Source: a virus. Taken from it: 64,000 nt of DNA. Of the stretch, positions 46,664 through 55,779 are shown piece after piece. Every line of letters begins with the position of its first letter. Position 1 is the first letter of the stretch. The notes beneath the pieces are model-generated. The model was given only the letters and a program-made list of their open reading frames with translations, was not told where the DNA came from and ran no database searches. Location of the stretch: positions 8,562 to 72,561 of the IMG/VR virus record IMGVR_UViG_3300005537_000024. One strand, 5' to 3'. The position numbers and the translations under genes were made by a program.

Positions 46664-47161
46664 ATGCGCAAGCGAGAGGTCGTCGAGGTCCCCGAGTGGG
46701 GGAAGCGCGACAAGGGCAAGTCGTTCCTGATCACGGAGTGGCCGGCCGCGACCGCGGAGCGGTGGGGCATCAAGGCGCTCTTGGCCTACAACCGCGGCGG
46801 CGGGAACATCGACCCGGACGCAGCGATCGGCGCCGGCATGGAAGGCATCTTCTTCCTCGGCGTGCAGGCGTTCCTGCGGGGGAAGATGGAGGCGGAGGAG
46901 ACCATCCCGATCCTCGACGAGCTCCTCGACTGCGTGAAGATCGTCCGGGACCCGAAAGCGCGCAACGCCGAGACGGGCGACCCGGTGGCGACGCCGATCG
47001 TGAGCGACGACGACATCCAGGAGGTCCAGACGCGGATGTGGCTGCGGAGCGAGGTGGTCCGCGTCCATACGGGTTTTTCGCCAGCCGCCGCCGTCTCGAA
47101 CTTGATCTCCCTGATCATGACGCCGGCGGCTTCGCGAGGTACGCAAACGTCCCAGACCTGA
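46664..47161 (+). CDS. tail assembly chaperone (gpG-like)
   Basis: RDKGK.F.ITE..A..AE.W..KAL, LDELL.CV, DDIQEV.T...LR.EV...H.GF. Confidence 0.85.
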   Translation: MRKREVVEVPEWGKRDKGKSFLITEWPAATAERWGIKALLAYNRGGGNIDPDAAIGAGMEGIFFLGVQAFLRGKMEAEETIPILDELLDCVKIVRDPKARNAETGDPVATPIVSDDDIQEVQTRMWLRSEVVRVHTGFSPAAAVSNLISLIMTPAASRGTQTSQT

Positions 47162-47313
47162 TCGCGCTCGCGCTCTCGTTCGGGGCGCCGCGGGTCACGC
47201 TCGCCGAGCTCCAGACCATCTACGGCCTCGAGGACCTCTATGATATGCTCGAGGTCTACCTCGTGAACGCGCACAACGCGCGGGTCGCGGCGAAACGGCG
47301 GGAGCGGAAGTGA
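47071..47313 (+). CDS. -1 frameshift extension of the tail chaperone (gpGT-like)
   Basis: Slippery heptamer G GGT TTT at 47071-47077; -1 frame gives ...YANVP...TLAELQTIYGLEDLYDMLEV...N. Confidence 0.78.
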   Translation, partial: GFFASRRRLELDLPDHDAGGFARYANVPDLIALALSFGAPRVTLAELQTIYGLEDLYDMLEVYLVNAHNARVAAKRRERK

Positions 47314-47678
47314 AGATCGTCCGGCTCGACAAGCACTACTGGCCGCGCGGCGGCTTCGGGCACTGGTGCCCAGGCTGCGGGTACGGGCACGAGATCGACA
47401 CCGAGCAGCCCAACTCGCTCGGGGCGAAGTGGTCGTTCGACGGGAACATGGCGAGCCCGACGTTCACGCCGAGCGTCAACATCCGGTGGGGGAAGTACGC
47501 GGACCCGTCGCACGTCGGCGACCCCGCGCACGACCGCGTCTGCCACTACAACATCACGGCGGGTCGGATCTATTACCACGGCGACTGCACGCACGCGTTG
47601 CGCGGGCAGGTCGTCGACCTCCCGGACATCCCGGACGGCAAGTACGAGACCTCCAAGCGGCTAACGGGGAGAGGCTGA
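47310..47678 (+). CDS. DUF6527-like Cys/His protein
   Basis: WCPGC...H, WSFDGN...PTFTPSV, CH..IT.G.I....DCTH.L.GQ.V.LP. Confidence 0.75.
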   Translation: MKIVRLDKHYWPRGGFGHWCPGCGYGHEIDTEQPNSLGAKWSFDGNMASPTFTPSVNIRWGKYADPSHVGDPAHDRVCHYNITAGRIYYHGDCTHALRGQVVDLPDIPDGKYETSKRLTGRG

Positions 47679-49234
47679 TGGCCGGGACTATCATCGACTC
47701 GCTAGTCCTCTCGCTCGCGCTCGACGCGTCGCAGTTCACGGCCGCGCAGCGCAAGGCGATCGACGACCTGCGCAAGTTCCAAGAGCAGGCAGTCGGCGGC
47801 GGGAAGGAGATCGAGTCGCAGGGCAAGAAGCTGTTCGAGGTCCTCGGGGGCCTCCGGACGGCGTTCCTCACGACGATCGGCGGGTTCATAGGCGGCCAGG
47901 TCGGCGCGCAGCTCGCGGGCTTCGCGAACAACCTCCTCAACGCGGACGCGGCGCTCGCGCGGCTCGGGAAGACGATGAACGTCTCGGCCGTGGACCTCTC
48001 GGCGTGGCAGGGGGCGTTTAGGCAGATGGGGATGTCGGGGGAGAGCGCGACGGGGGCGATCCAGGGGCTAAGCGGCGAGATGACCCGCTTCTCGATCACC
48101 GGTCAGTCGTCGATGCTCCCGGTCCTCTCGCGGCTCGGCGTGAGCCTGACGGACTCGAACGGCCGCCTCAAGACGGCGACGCAGATGTGGCTCGACCTCG
48201 CGGAGGCGGTCCAGGGGATGGATCCCCGCGAAGCGGCGGCTTTCCTCGCGATGATCCCGGGCGCGAACCAGGAGATGATCAACTTCGCGCTCCGCGGCCG
48301 GAAGGCAATGGAGGACTACGTCGCGGCCGGGCGCCCGACCGAGGAGATGATGCGCAGGAACATAGAGCTCGCCGAGGACTATCAGAAGTCTATCGGCCGG
48401 CTCGAGGTCGCCGCGACGGACCTGGGGCGGACGTTCACGGTGGCGGTCGCCCCGCCGGTCTCGGCGATCGCCGACAAGACCACGGCGTGGCTCAACAGCC
48501 TGCGCGAGGGGCGCGACGCGGCCTCCCAGATCGGCAAGGACATCGAGGCGGGGATCGAGGCGGCGAAGAAGGGGGACGTGGGGGAGGCGGGGAGCCGCTT
48601 CTGGGCGGCGATGTTCGGGAACCTGTTCACCGGGGCCGCCGGGACGCTCTCGCCGGAGGAGGAGGCGATCAGGGCGAGGTTCGCTCCCGGCGCGGCGCCG
48701 GGCGCATCCCCGGGCTCAACCCTCCGGGTCAAGGTGGGGGCGGGCGCGGCCACGCCGGCGGTGGCGGCCCTGGCGCGGACCATCCAGGCCGGCGTCCCCG
48801 GCCTCAAGCAGTTCACCGCGTTCAACGACGCCTTCCACGGGGGCGCCGGGGGGCACGGAGCTGGCCGGGCTCTCGACTTCACGGTCGAGGACCCGTCGCA
48901 GTACGCGGCCACGGCGGCGCGCGTGCGCGCCCTTCTAGCCTCCCAGGGGGTCGACGCGACGGTCGTCGACGAGGCCAGCCGCCCGTCGGCGAGGGCGACC
49001 GCTCCGCACATCCACGTCGAGCTCAACGGCGCGGCGCTGGCGCCGGGCCTGCAAGGGGCGGGCGGCAGGCGCCCGGAGGCCGCCGCGGCCGCCGGGGGCG
49101 GGGTGACGCTCAACGTCGGGACGATCAACGTCTCCGCCGGGGCCGCGACCGACGCGGAGGGCATAGCCGGCGTCATCGAGCCGGCCCTGCGGCGGACCCT
49201 CGAGGCGGGCGCAGCGAGCTACGGGGCACGGTAA
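47678..49234 (+). CDS. tape measure protein with C-terminal M15/LAS-like peptidase domain
   Basis: TIIDSLV.SL.LD.S.F N-terminus, helical body; C-terminal FNDAFH...H..GRALDF...HIH. Confidence 0.85.
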   Translation: MAGTIIDSLVLSLALDASQFTAAQRKAIDDLRKFQEQAVGGGKEIESQGKKLFEVLGGLRTAFLTTIGGFIGGQVGAQLAGFANNLLNADAALARLGKTMNVSAVDLSAWQGAFRQMGMSGESATGAIQGLSGEMTRFSITGQSSMLPVLSRLGVSLTDSNGRLKTATQMWLDLAEAVQGMDPREAAAFLAMIPGANQEMINFALRGRKAMEDYVAAGRPTEEMMRRNIELAEDYQKSIGRLEVAATDLGRTFTVAVAPPVSAIADKTTAWLNSLREGRDAASQIGKDIEAGIEAAKKGDVGEAGSRFWAAMFGNLFTGAAGTLSPEEEAIRARFAPGAAPGASPGSTLRVKVGAGAATPAVAALARTIQAGVPGLKQFTAFNDAFHGGAGGHGAGRALDFTVEDPSQYAATAARVRALLASQGVDATVVDEASRPSARATAPHIHVELNGAALAPGLQGAGGRRPEAAAAAGGGVTLNVGTINVSAGAATDAEGIAGVIEPALRRTLEAGAASYGAR

Positions 49235-49237
49235 AAG

Positions 49238-49507
49238 ATGGCGAACGACGCGAAGTACGTCCGCATCATGTGCGAGGTCTCGGACGGGAAAAGCACGACG
49301 CGCCCGATGACGTCGATCGTCGTCCGCTTCGGCGACGGCGAGACGGACTTCCACGCCGCCAAGGCTAGGGCTCTCGGCTACATCACCGAGGAGCTGTGCC
49401 GCTACGGGCTCCACGAGGCCCTCAACGCGATCGGGATCTACGACGACGCGATGAGGGCGCGCATGGCCGAGTTCGACGCTCGCCACGGGAGGAAGCCAGG
49501 TGGCTAA
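49238..49507 (+). CDS. hypothetical protein
   Basis: 89-aa ORF. Confidence 0.5.
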   Translation: MANDAKYVRIMCEVSDGKSTTRPMTSIVVRFGDGETDFHAAKARALGYITEELCRYGLHEALNAIGIYDDAMRARMAEFDARHGRKPGG

Positions 49508-50183
49508 CGGCGGCATCGCCCTCCTGACGGCCGACGCGGCGGACCTGGCCCTCGGGACGATCCTGACGCCGCAGTGGGGGATCTACCTCAACGGCGCGCC
49601 GGTCATCCTGCCGGCGTCGATCTTCAGCCAGCAGGTCTTCGGCTCGCTCTCGGCCGTCGCGGGGATCGCGAGCGCGGCGATCGCGCTGGTCGCCCCGTCG
49701 CTCGGCGCGCCGAACCTCCTTCCCTCGACGGCCTCGACGGTCGACTTCGAGTTCGCGGCCGAGTCTCCGCTCTCGGACTACACGCAGGAGCAGGGGGCGT
49801 TCCAGAGCTACGACAAGGTCACGTTGCCGTTCGACATAAAAATTAAGCTCAAGTGCTCGGGGAACGCGCAGGTCCGGCAAGCCTTCCTGAGCACGTGCCA
49901 GTGGATCAGGAACTCGCTCAACCTGTTCGACATCGTCACGCCGGAGCAGAAGTTCCGGAGCGTCAACTGCCACCACGTCGACTGGCGGAGGACGGCGGCG
50001 AGCGGGGTCTCGATGATCGTCGTCGACCTGTGGTTCCAGCAGATCGCGGTGACGAGCTCGTCGACGTTCTCGAGCACGCAGAACCCCGCGGAGGCGGGCC
50101 AGCAGTCCCTCGGCAACGTGCAGGCGCAGCCGCCGGGGCAGTCGGTTACGAGCCAGTTCGGCTCCGGGATAAAGGTCCAGTGA
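49500..50183 (+). CDS. baseplate / tube-initiator protein
   Basis: QWGIY, SDY..EQGAF.SYDKV..PF, FDIVTPE. Confidence 0.82.
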   Translation: MANGGIALLTADAADLALGTILTPQWGIYLNGAPVILPASIFSQQVFGSLSAVAGIASAAIALVAPSLGAPNLLPSTASTVDFEFAAESPLSDYTQEQGAFQSYDKVTLPFDIKIKLKCSGNAQVRQAFLSTCQWIRNSLNLFDIVTPEQKFRSVNCHHVDWRRTAASGVSMIVVDLWFQQIAVTSSSTFSSTQNPAEAGQQSLGNVQAQPPGQSVTSQFGSGIKVQ

Positions 50184-50184
50184 C

Positions 50185-50499
50185 ATGCTCGTCGTCCCCC
50201 TCCAGCCGGTCGCGAGCCAGACCTTGCAGTGCCAGCTCGGCGGGCAGGCTTGCACGATCGAGGTCGCGCAGAACGCCTTCGGCCTATTCACGACGCTATT
50301 CGTCGGATCGAGCCTGATCATCTCGAACGTCCTCTCGCAGAACCTCAACCGGATCGTGCGGTCGCTCTACCTCGGCTTCGTCGGGGACCTCGCGTTCGTC
50401 GACACGGAGGGGACGGACGACCCGTCCTACACGGGGCTCGGGTCGCGGTGGCAGCTCCTCTACCTCGCGCCGACCGACCTGCCCGCCGGCGAGGGGTGA
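50185..50499 (+). CDS. baseplate protein
   Basis: VPL.PV.SQ.L...LGGQ.C, YLGF.GDL.F.DT.G..DP.YTGLGSRW.L.Y. Confidence 0.85.
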   Translation: MLVVPLQPVASQTLQCQLGGQACTIEVAQNAFGLFTTLFVGSSLIISNVLSQNLNRIVRSLYLGFVGDLAFVDTEGTDDPSYTGLGSRWQLLYLAPTDLPAGEG

Positions 50500-50503
50500 C
50501 GAG

Positions 50504-51487
50504 GTGGCCGGGCCGAGCTTCTCCCAAAAGCTGATCCAGGTGAGTATCCAGCTCGCGGCGAGCCCGCAGACGAACCAGCCGCCGCAGTTCGTGCAGGGCG
50601 GCGTGAAGGTGGGCAACGCGGTCACGCTCCCGTTCCTGCGGACGAGCGTGCGGGTGCAGAACTCCGGGGCGCCGGTCGACTGCCGGGCCCAGGTGAAGGT
50701 GTGGGGCATGGCCCCGAGCCTGATGAACCAGCTCTCGACGCTCGGGCTCGTCTTCAACCTGGTCCCGAAGAACACGTTAACGATCTCGGCGGGGACGGAC
50801 GGCAACCTCTCGACGGTGTTTACCGGGACGATCTGGGCGGCGTACGGGGACTACAACGCGCAGCCGAAGGTGCCGTTTGTATTCGAGTGCCTGAGCGGGG
50901 CGGCCGACGCGGCGATCTCGGTCCCGCCGACGAGCTTCCCGAGCTCGTTCGACGTGGCGACCGCGATGGCGGGGTTCGCCCGGCAGATGAACGTCGGGTT
51001 CCTCAACAGCGGCGGCGTCAACGTCAAGCTCCCTCCGAGCTACTTCAAGGGGTCGGCGAAGGTGCAGGCGGACGCGTGCGCGCGGGCGGCGAACATCGTC
51101 TACGGGTTCCCGAACGCCGGCACGATGGAGATCTGGCCCCTCGGCGGGAGCCGCAACAACGCGAGCGTCCCGACGATCTCGAAGGCGAACGGGATGATCG
51201 ACTACCCGGCCTTCACGCAGCAGGGGATCATCGTCAAGACGCTGTTCGACCCGCTGATCACGTTCGGGGGCCTCGTCAAGGTCGAGAGCTCGGTCCTCTC
51301 GGCGATCGCCGCGGCGCAGCCGACGCAGGCGGGCCTCGGCGGGGCGTCGACGAGCACGTTCCCGACGCAGTGGGCGATCAACAAGCTCGACCTGGCTCTC
51401 GACTCGCAGGTCCCGAAGGGGCAGTGGGCCTCGATCGCCTACGGCTACAACCCCGGGAAGGCGAAGACGATCCTTCCGCCGGGCTGA
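50504..51487 (+). CDS. baseplate hub protein
   Basis: V.VWGM....MN.LST, VF.GTI..A..D.N..P, GMI.YP.F, LF.P....GG.V.V.S. Confidence 0.85.
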   Translation: MAGPSFSQKLIQVSIQLAASPQTNQPPQFVQGGVKVGNAVTLPFLRTSVRVQNSGAPVDCRAQVKVWGMAPSLMNQLSTLGLVFNLVPKNTLTISAGTDGNLSTVFTGTIWAAYGDYNAQPKVPFVFECLSGAADAAISVPPTSFPSSFDVATAMAGFARQMNVGFLNSGGVNVKLPPSYFKGSAKVQADACARAANIVYGFPNAGTMEIWPLGGSRNNASVPTISKANGMIDYPAFTQQGIIVKTLFDPLITFGGLVKVESSVLSAIAAAQPTQAGLGGASTSTFPTQWAINKLDLALDSQVPKGQWASIAYGYNPGKAKTILPPG

Positions 51488-51497
51488 GGAGGCGACG

Positions 51498-52193
51498 ATG
51501 GGCGACACGGGGGCGGGCCAGTACGACCCGTCGGACGCGAACTCGAGCTTCACGGTAACGTCGTTCATCGTCCGGCAGCTCCTGTCGCTGATCGACACGA
51601 TGAAAGTCGTGCAGGTCACCGCGGTGCACCCCGGGTCCGGGACGCCGCCGATCGCCGGGACGGTCGACGTGCAGGTCCTCGTCGCGCAGCTCGACGGCGC
51701 CGGCAACGCGGTCCCGGGGGGGATCGTCTACGGCCTCCCGTACTTCCGCCTCGGCGGGGGGAAATGGGGCGTCGTCTGCGACCCGGCGGTCGACGACATC
51801 GGCCTCGCGATCTGCGCGGACCGGGACATCTCCAGCCTCAAGGGGGCGGTCGCGGCCGGCAAGTCGCCGATGGTCAACCCCGGCTCATACCGGTCCTACG
51901 ACGTCGCCGACGGCGTCTTCCTCGGCGGGTGCCTCAACGGGGAGCCGGAGGCGTGGCTGTGGCTCAAGGCGGACGGGACCCTCAACCTGACCGACGCCAA
52001 GGGAAACGTGCTACAGACATCGGCGAGCGGATTCGCGTTGACGGGGAACGTCGCGGTCACCGGGTCGATCACGGCGACCGGCGACGTGACGGCGGGCCAG
52101 GGAGGGGCTGACAGCGTGACCCTTCAGAACCACCTCCACGGCGGCGTGACCGGAGGCGGCAGCACCACGCTCAAGCCGGTGGCGGGGACATGA
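51498..52193 (+). CDS. baseplate central spike (Gp138-like)
   Basis: VDVQ.LV.QLDG.GN, LPYFRL.GG....V.DP.V.DIG.A..ADRDIS; C-terminal metal-binding HLHGGV. Confidence 0.9.
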   Translation: MGDTGAGQYDPSDANSSFTVTSFIVRQLLSLIDTMKVVQVTAVHPGSGTPPIAGTVDVQVLVAQLDGAGNAVPGGIVYGLPYFRLGGGKWGVVCDPAVDDIGLAICADRDISSLKGAVAAGKSPMVNPGSYRSYDVADGVFLGGCLNGEPEAWLWLKADGTLNLTDAKGNVLQTSASGFALTGNVAVTGSITATGDVTAGQGGADSVTLQNHLHGGVTGGGSTTLKPVAGT

Positions 52194-52840
52194 CGGCGAA
52201 CTGCCTGGGCTGCTTCTTCCACCGGGGCTCCAGCGGGTCGCTGACCTGCAACCGCGACGCCCCGAGCTCGCTCGCGGCGGCGATCCCGCCGAACCGGGCG
52301 GCGTGGCTCCCGGTGAACGACACGGACTGGTGCGGGGAGTTCGCCGTGACGGACCCGGGCGTCTACACGCCTGGGACGCCGCAGCCGGGCGGGGGGCAGT
52401 GCTCGACGTGCTTCTTCGCGCACGGGTCGCCGGGCAGCTACGTGTGCCGCTGGAACGCCCCGACGGCTTTCGCCGACTTCGGCGGCCTGCCGCACGCGGG
52501 CTGGCTCCCGGTCGACGACGCGGCGTGGTGCGGCCAGTACGCGGCGAGCGACCCGGACATCTACGGGAGCCGGCGGGGGCCGCCGGGGCCGTCTGGCATC
52601 CTAAGCTCCGGCACGTTCGCGTGGCCCGCCGCTGCGAACGCCGTCATAAGCGACGCCGCCGTCACGCCGACCTGCTTCATAGCCCTTCGGCCGCTCGACG
52701 CCGGCGGGGCGGCGATGATGGCGACGGCGATCGAGAACCCGTACGAGCTGAGCCGGATCGCGGGGACCAGCATCACCCTGACGACGACGTCCGGCTACCA
52801 GAACCCGGCGAACTTCGCCTACGCGCTGCTGGCGACGTGA
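52190..52840 (+). CDS. protein with a tandem duplicated Cys-rich domain
   Basis: Two copies of C..CFF..GS.GS..C...AP...WLPV.D..WCG. Confidence 0.7.
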   Translation: MTANCLGCFFHRGSSGSLTCNRDAPSSLAAAIPPNRAAWLPVNDTDWCGEFAVTDPGVYTPGTPQPGGGQCSTCFFAHGSPGSYVCRWNAPTAFADFGGLPHAGWLPVDDAAWCGQYAASDPDIYGSRRGPPGPSGILSSGTFAWPAAANAVISDAAVTPTCFIALRPLDAGGAAMMATAIENPYELSRIAGTSITLTTTSGYQNPANFAYALLAT

Positions 52841-52849
52841 GGGTGGCGC

Positions 52850-53311
52850 ATGGCCGCGACGCTCCAGCTAAACCCGCAGACCTGGGACCTCACGCTCGAC
52901 GAGGCGGGCAACATCGCCGTCCTCGCCGACCCGGACTCGCTCGCCCAGGACGCCGCGAGCGCGATCAAGACGTTCCTCGGAGAGTGCTACTGGGATACGA
53001 CGGTAGGCGTGAACTACGCCGCGATCCTCGGGCAGTCGCCGCCGACGATCGCGCTCCTCAAGGCGGCCTTCGTCGACGCGGCGCTCACGGTCCCCGGGGT
53101 CGCCGCGGCGCAGGTTTTCATCTCGTCGCTCTCCGACCGCACGGTATCCGGCCAGGTCCAGGTCGTGAGCTCCTCGACCGGGCAGGTTTCCGCAGCTAAC
53201 TTCGCGACCAACCTCGCGAGGGTGGTCAACCCCGCGGCCCCGCTGATTCTGGTCTCGGAATCCGGAGATCCCCTAAGCTCGGAGGGAGGAGAGATCCTCA
53301 CGTCAGGATGA
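52850..53311 (+). CDS. baseplate wedge protein (gp25/gp46-like)
   Basis: TL.L.P.TWDL.LD..GNIA, LAQD.ASAI..F.GE...DT..GV.Y. Confidence 0.85.
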   Translation: MAATLQLNPQTWDLTLDEAGNIAVLADPDSLAQDAASAIKTFLGECYWDTTVGVNYAAILGQSPPTIALLKAAFVDAALTVPGVAAAQVFISSLSDRTVSGQVQVVSSSTGQVSAANFATNLARVVNPAAPLILVSESGDPLSSEGGEILTSG

Positions 53312-53802
53312 AACGAACAGCAGCCGTCGTCCTCGCGCTCTCGCTCCTGCTCGCCGTCTACGCGTTCGCGCAGCCGACGACGCAGTCGTTCCCGAACTAC
53401 GTGCGGAGCCTCCCGCAGGCGTCCCTCCCGCTCACGGGGACCGAGATCCTCTACATGATCCAGAACGGGGAATCGGTGCAGGCGGCCTCGCTCCAGCTCG
53501 GGGGGAGCGGCGGGTCCGGGGCGCCGTACCAGTTCACGCCGTCGACCGGGGCCGACCAGCACAACCTCGCCGTCGTCTCGGCCACGCCGCTCACGGTCCC
53601 GGGCGACGCGCTGTTCGCCCAGGTGTGCGTGTCGGGCGCCGCGGTGAACTGGACGTGGACGGGGACGGCGCCGACCGCCCTGGTGGGCCAGCCGCTCGCC
53701 GCCGGGGCGTGCGAGTTCTTCTCGGGGAGGGCGGTACTCACGGCGCTGCAGTTCATCCAGAAGGTGCCGACGGCCGTCCTCGACGTGACGTACTCGAAGT
53801 GA
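53308..53802 (+). CDS. signal-peptide-bearing small beta protein
   Basis: MKRTAAVVLALSLLLAVYAFA|Q; LP.A..PLTG.E motif; C-terminus paralogous to 26142. Confidence 0.8.
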   Translation: MKRTAAVVLALSLLLAVYAFAQPTTQSFPNYVRSLPQASLPLTGTEILYMIQNGESVQAASLQLGGSGGSGAPYQFTPSTGADQHNLAVVSATPLTVPGDALFAQVCVSGAAVNWTWTGTAPTALVGQPLAAGACEFFSGRAVLTALQFIQKVPTAVLDVTYSK

Positions 53803-53812
53803 GGCGCGGCTG

Positions 53813-55687
53813 ATGGCGTCGGGAACCGCGGTCCCCCCCCCGATATTCGGACCCAACGGGTGGCAGGTGCCGCAGGCCCCGGCGATCCTCGCCGGCGTGC
53901 AGGCGGACATCACGGCCGCCTTCGGCACGACGCTCAACTTCAACTTCAATACCCCGCAGGGCCAGCTCGCCTCGAGCGAGGCGGCGATCATCAACAACGC
54001 CTATGGGGCGCTCGTCTTCCAGTTCAACCAGCTCGACCCGTCCTACGCGATCGGGCGCATGCAGGACGCCATCGCGCGCATCTACTTCCTCGACCGCGAC
54101 CCGGCGGAGCCGACGACGCTCCAGGTCTCGTGCACGGGGGCGGGCGCGTTCATCCCGGACTCGACGAACCCGAACGTCACGCCGGCGACGATCGTCGACG
54201 GGAACAACAACCTGTACACGTGCATCGGCGCCGGGAGCCTGCCGCCCGGCGGGGGGAGCGTGACGCTCGCCTTCGCGTGCACGGTCCCCGGCCCGGTCCC
54301 GGTCCCCTCGGGGGCCGGCGTCCAGATCTATCAGGCGATCCCGGGGTGGGACTCGGTCTCGGTCGTCTCGGGCGTCGAGGGCGTCGACGAGGAGGGCCGC
54401 TTCGCGCTCGAGCAGAGGCGGCAGGACTCGGTCGCCGGCAACAGCTTCGGCCCGGTCGGCGCGATCATCGGCGCCGTCGCGAACGTGCCGGGCGTGATCG
54501 ACTACTACGGCTACAACAACAATACGGCCAACCCGGTCACGGTCGGCGGCGTTACGATCGCGGCGTACTCGATCTACATCGCGGTTGCGGGCGGGTCGCC
54601 CACGGCGGTCGCGCAGGCGATCCTCTCGAAGAAGGGCGCGGGCGCGCCGATGACCGGCAACACGACGGTCACGGTCTACGACTCGAACCCCCTCTACGCG
54701 GCGCCGATCCCGTACTCGATCACGTACGAGATCCCGCCGGCCTTCCAGGTCCTCTACAAGGTGACGATCGCGAACGGCCCGCTCGTGCCGAACAACGCGA
54801 CGCAGCTCGTCCAGGCGGCGCTCCTCGCGGCCTTCGTCGGGAACGCGCTCTCGGCGTCGTTCACGGGGCAGGTCACCGGGACCTCGCTGAACGTGACGGC
54901 GGTGACGTCGGGGACGATCGTCGTCGGTCAGACCATATCGGACGCGACGAACGCGCTCGCGCCGAACACCACGATCACGGGGCTCGGGACCGGCAACGGC
55001 GGCCTCGGGACCTACATGGTCAGCGTGTCGCAGAACGTCCCCTCGGAGGCCATGACGGCGTCGCCGCCGAGCGGGGTGGCGGTCGTGCCGCGCGCGCGGA
55101 TCGCGACCACGCTCTATGCGACGCAGTACGCGGCGCCGGTGAGCCTCCTGGGCCCGTGGGCGCTGGTCGCGGCGCTCGGGATCGGCTCGGCCAACACGCC
55201 GGACGCGGTGATCGTCGGGAACATCTCCGGGAGCACGCTCACGGTCGCGTCGGTCACGTCGGGGTCGGTGGCGATCGGCCAGAACCTCGTCGACCCGCTC
55301 GGCCTAACCGTGACGGGGACCTACATCACGGCGGGGAGCGGGACGACCTGGACGGTCAACAACCCGCAGACGGTCGGCGGCGCGACCTTTACCGGGACGG
55401 GGAGCGGCACGAACCTCACGGCGAGCGGGGTGACCGGCTCGATCGGCGTCGGCGACGTAATCACGGGGACCGGGGTCCCGGCGAACACGACGATCGTCTC
55501 GCAGACCTCCGGCCCCGCGGGCGGCAACGGCGTCTACGTCACGAACAACGCCACTACGTCGTCGGGCGCCTCGCTGCTGGCGAACTCGACGTTTACGTGC
55601 TCCTCGGCCGACCAGTCGAAGGTTATCGTGAACGCGAACCAGGTGCCGCAGCTCTCGGCGTCCAACATCACGGTCGCGTTCGTATGA
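53813..55687 (+). CDS. baseplate J-like protein with three inserted beta modules
   Basis: TPQGQLA.S, DP..A.GRMQDAI.RIYF..R, IYQ.IPGWD.V, E.R...E.RR..SVA, SIY.AV.GG. Confidence 0.92.
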   Translation: MASGTAVPPPIFGPNGWQVPQAPAILAGVQADITAAFGTTLNFNFNTPQGQLASSEAAIINNAYGALVFQFNQLDPSYAIGRMQDAIARIYFLDRDPAEPTTLQVSCTGAGAFIPDSTNPNVTPATIVDGNNNLYTCIGAGSLPPGGGSVTLAFACTVPGPVPVPSGAGVQIYQAIPGWDSVSVVSGVEGVDEEGRFALEQRRQDSVAGNSFGPVGAIIGAVANVPGVIDYYGYNNNTANPVTVGGVTIAAYSIYIAVAGGSPTAVAQAILSKKGAGAPMTGNTTVTVYDSNPLYAAPIPYSITYEIPPAFQVLYKVTIANGPLVPNNATQLVQAALLAAFVGNALSASFTGQVTGTSLNVTAVTSGTIVVGQTISDATNALAPNTTITGLGTGNGGLGTYMVSVSQNVPSEAMTASPPSGVAVVPRARIATTLYATQYAAPVSLLGPWALVAALGIGSANTPDAVIVGNISGSTLTVASVTSGSVAIGQNLVDPLGLTVTGTYITAGSGTTWTVNNPQTVGGATFTGTGSGTNLTASGVTGSIGVGDVITGTGVPANTTIVSQTSGPAGGNGVYVTNNATTSSGASLLANSTFTCSSADQSKVIVNANQVPQLSASNITVAFV

Positions 55688-55779
55688 GCGGCCTTTTTAC
55701 GATATACTCCGCAACGCAAGACCGCCGATTCCTGGCAGGGAACCGACGGTCTCTAACCGCGACCCGAAGGGACCGGATC

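Noticed and set aside
53860-55779. 826-aa ORF suggesting a giant HNH fusion
   Set aside because: The upstream part is an Arg-rich off-frame overlap of baseplate J; the plausible start is ATG 55780 with an AAGGGA SD
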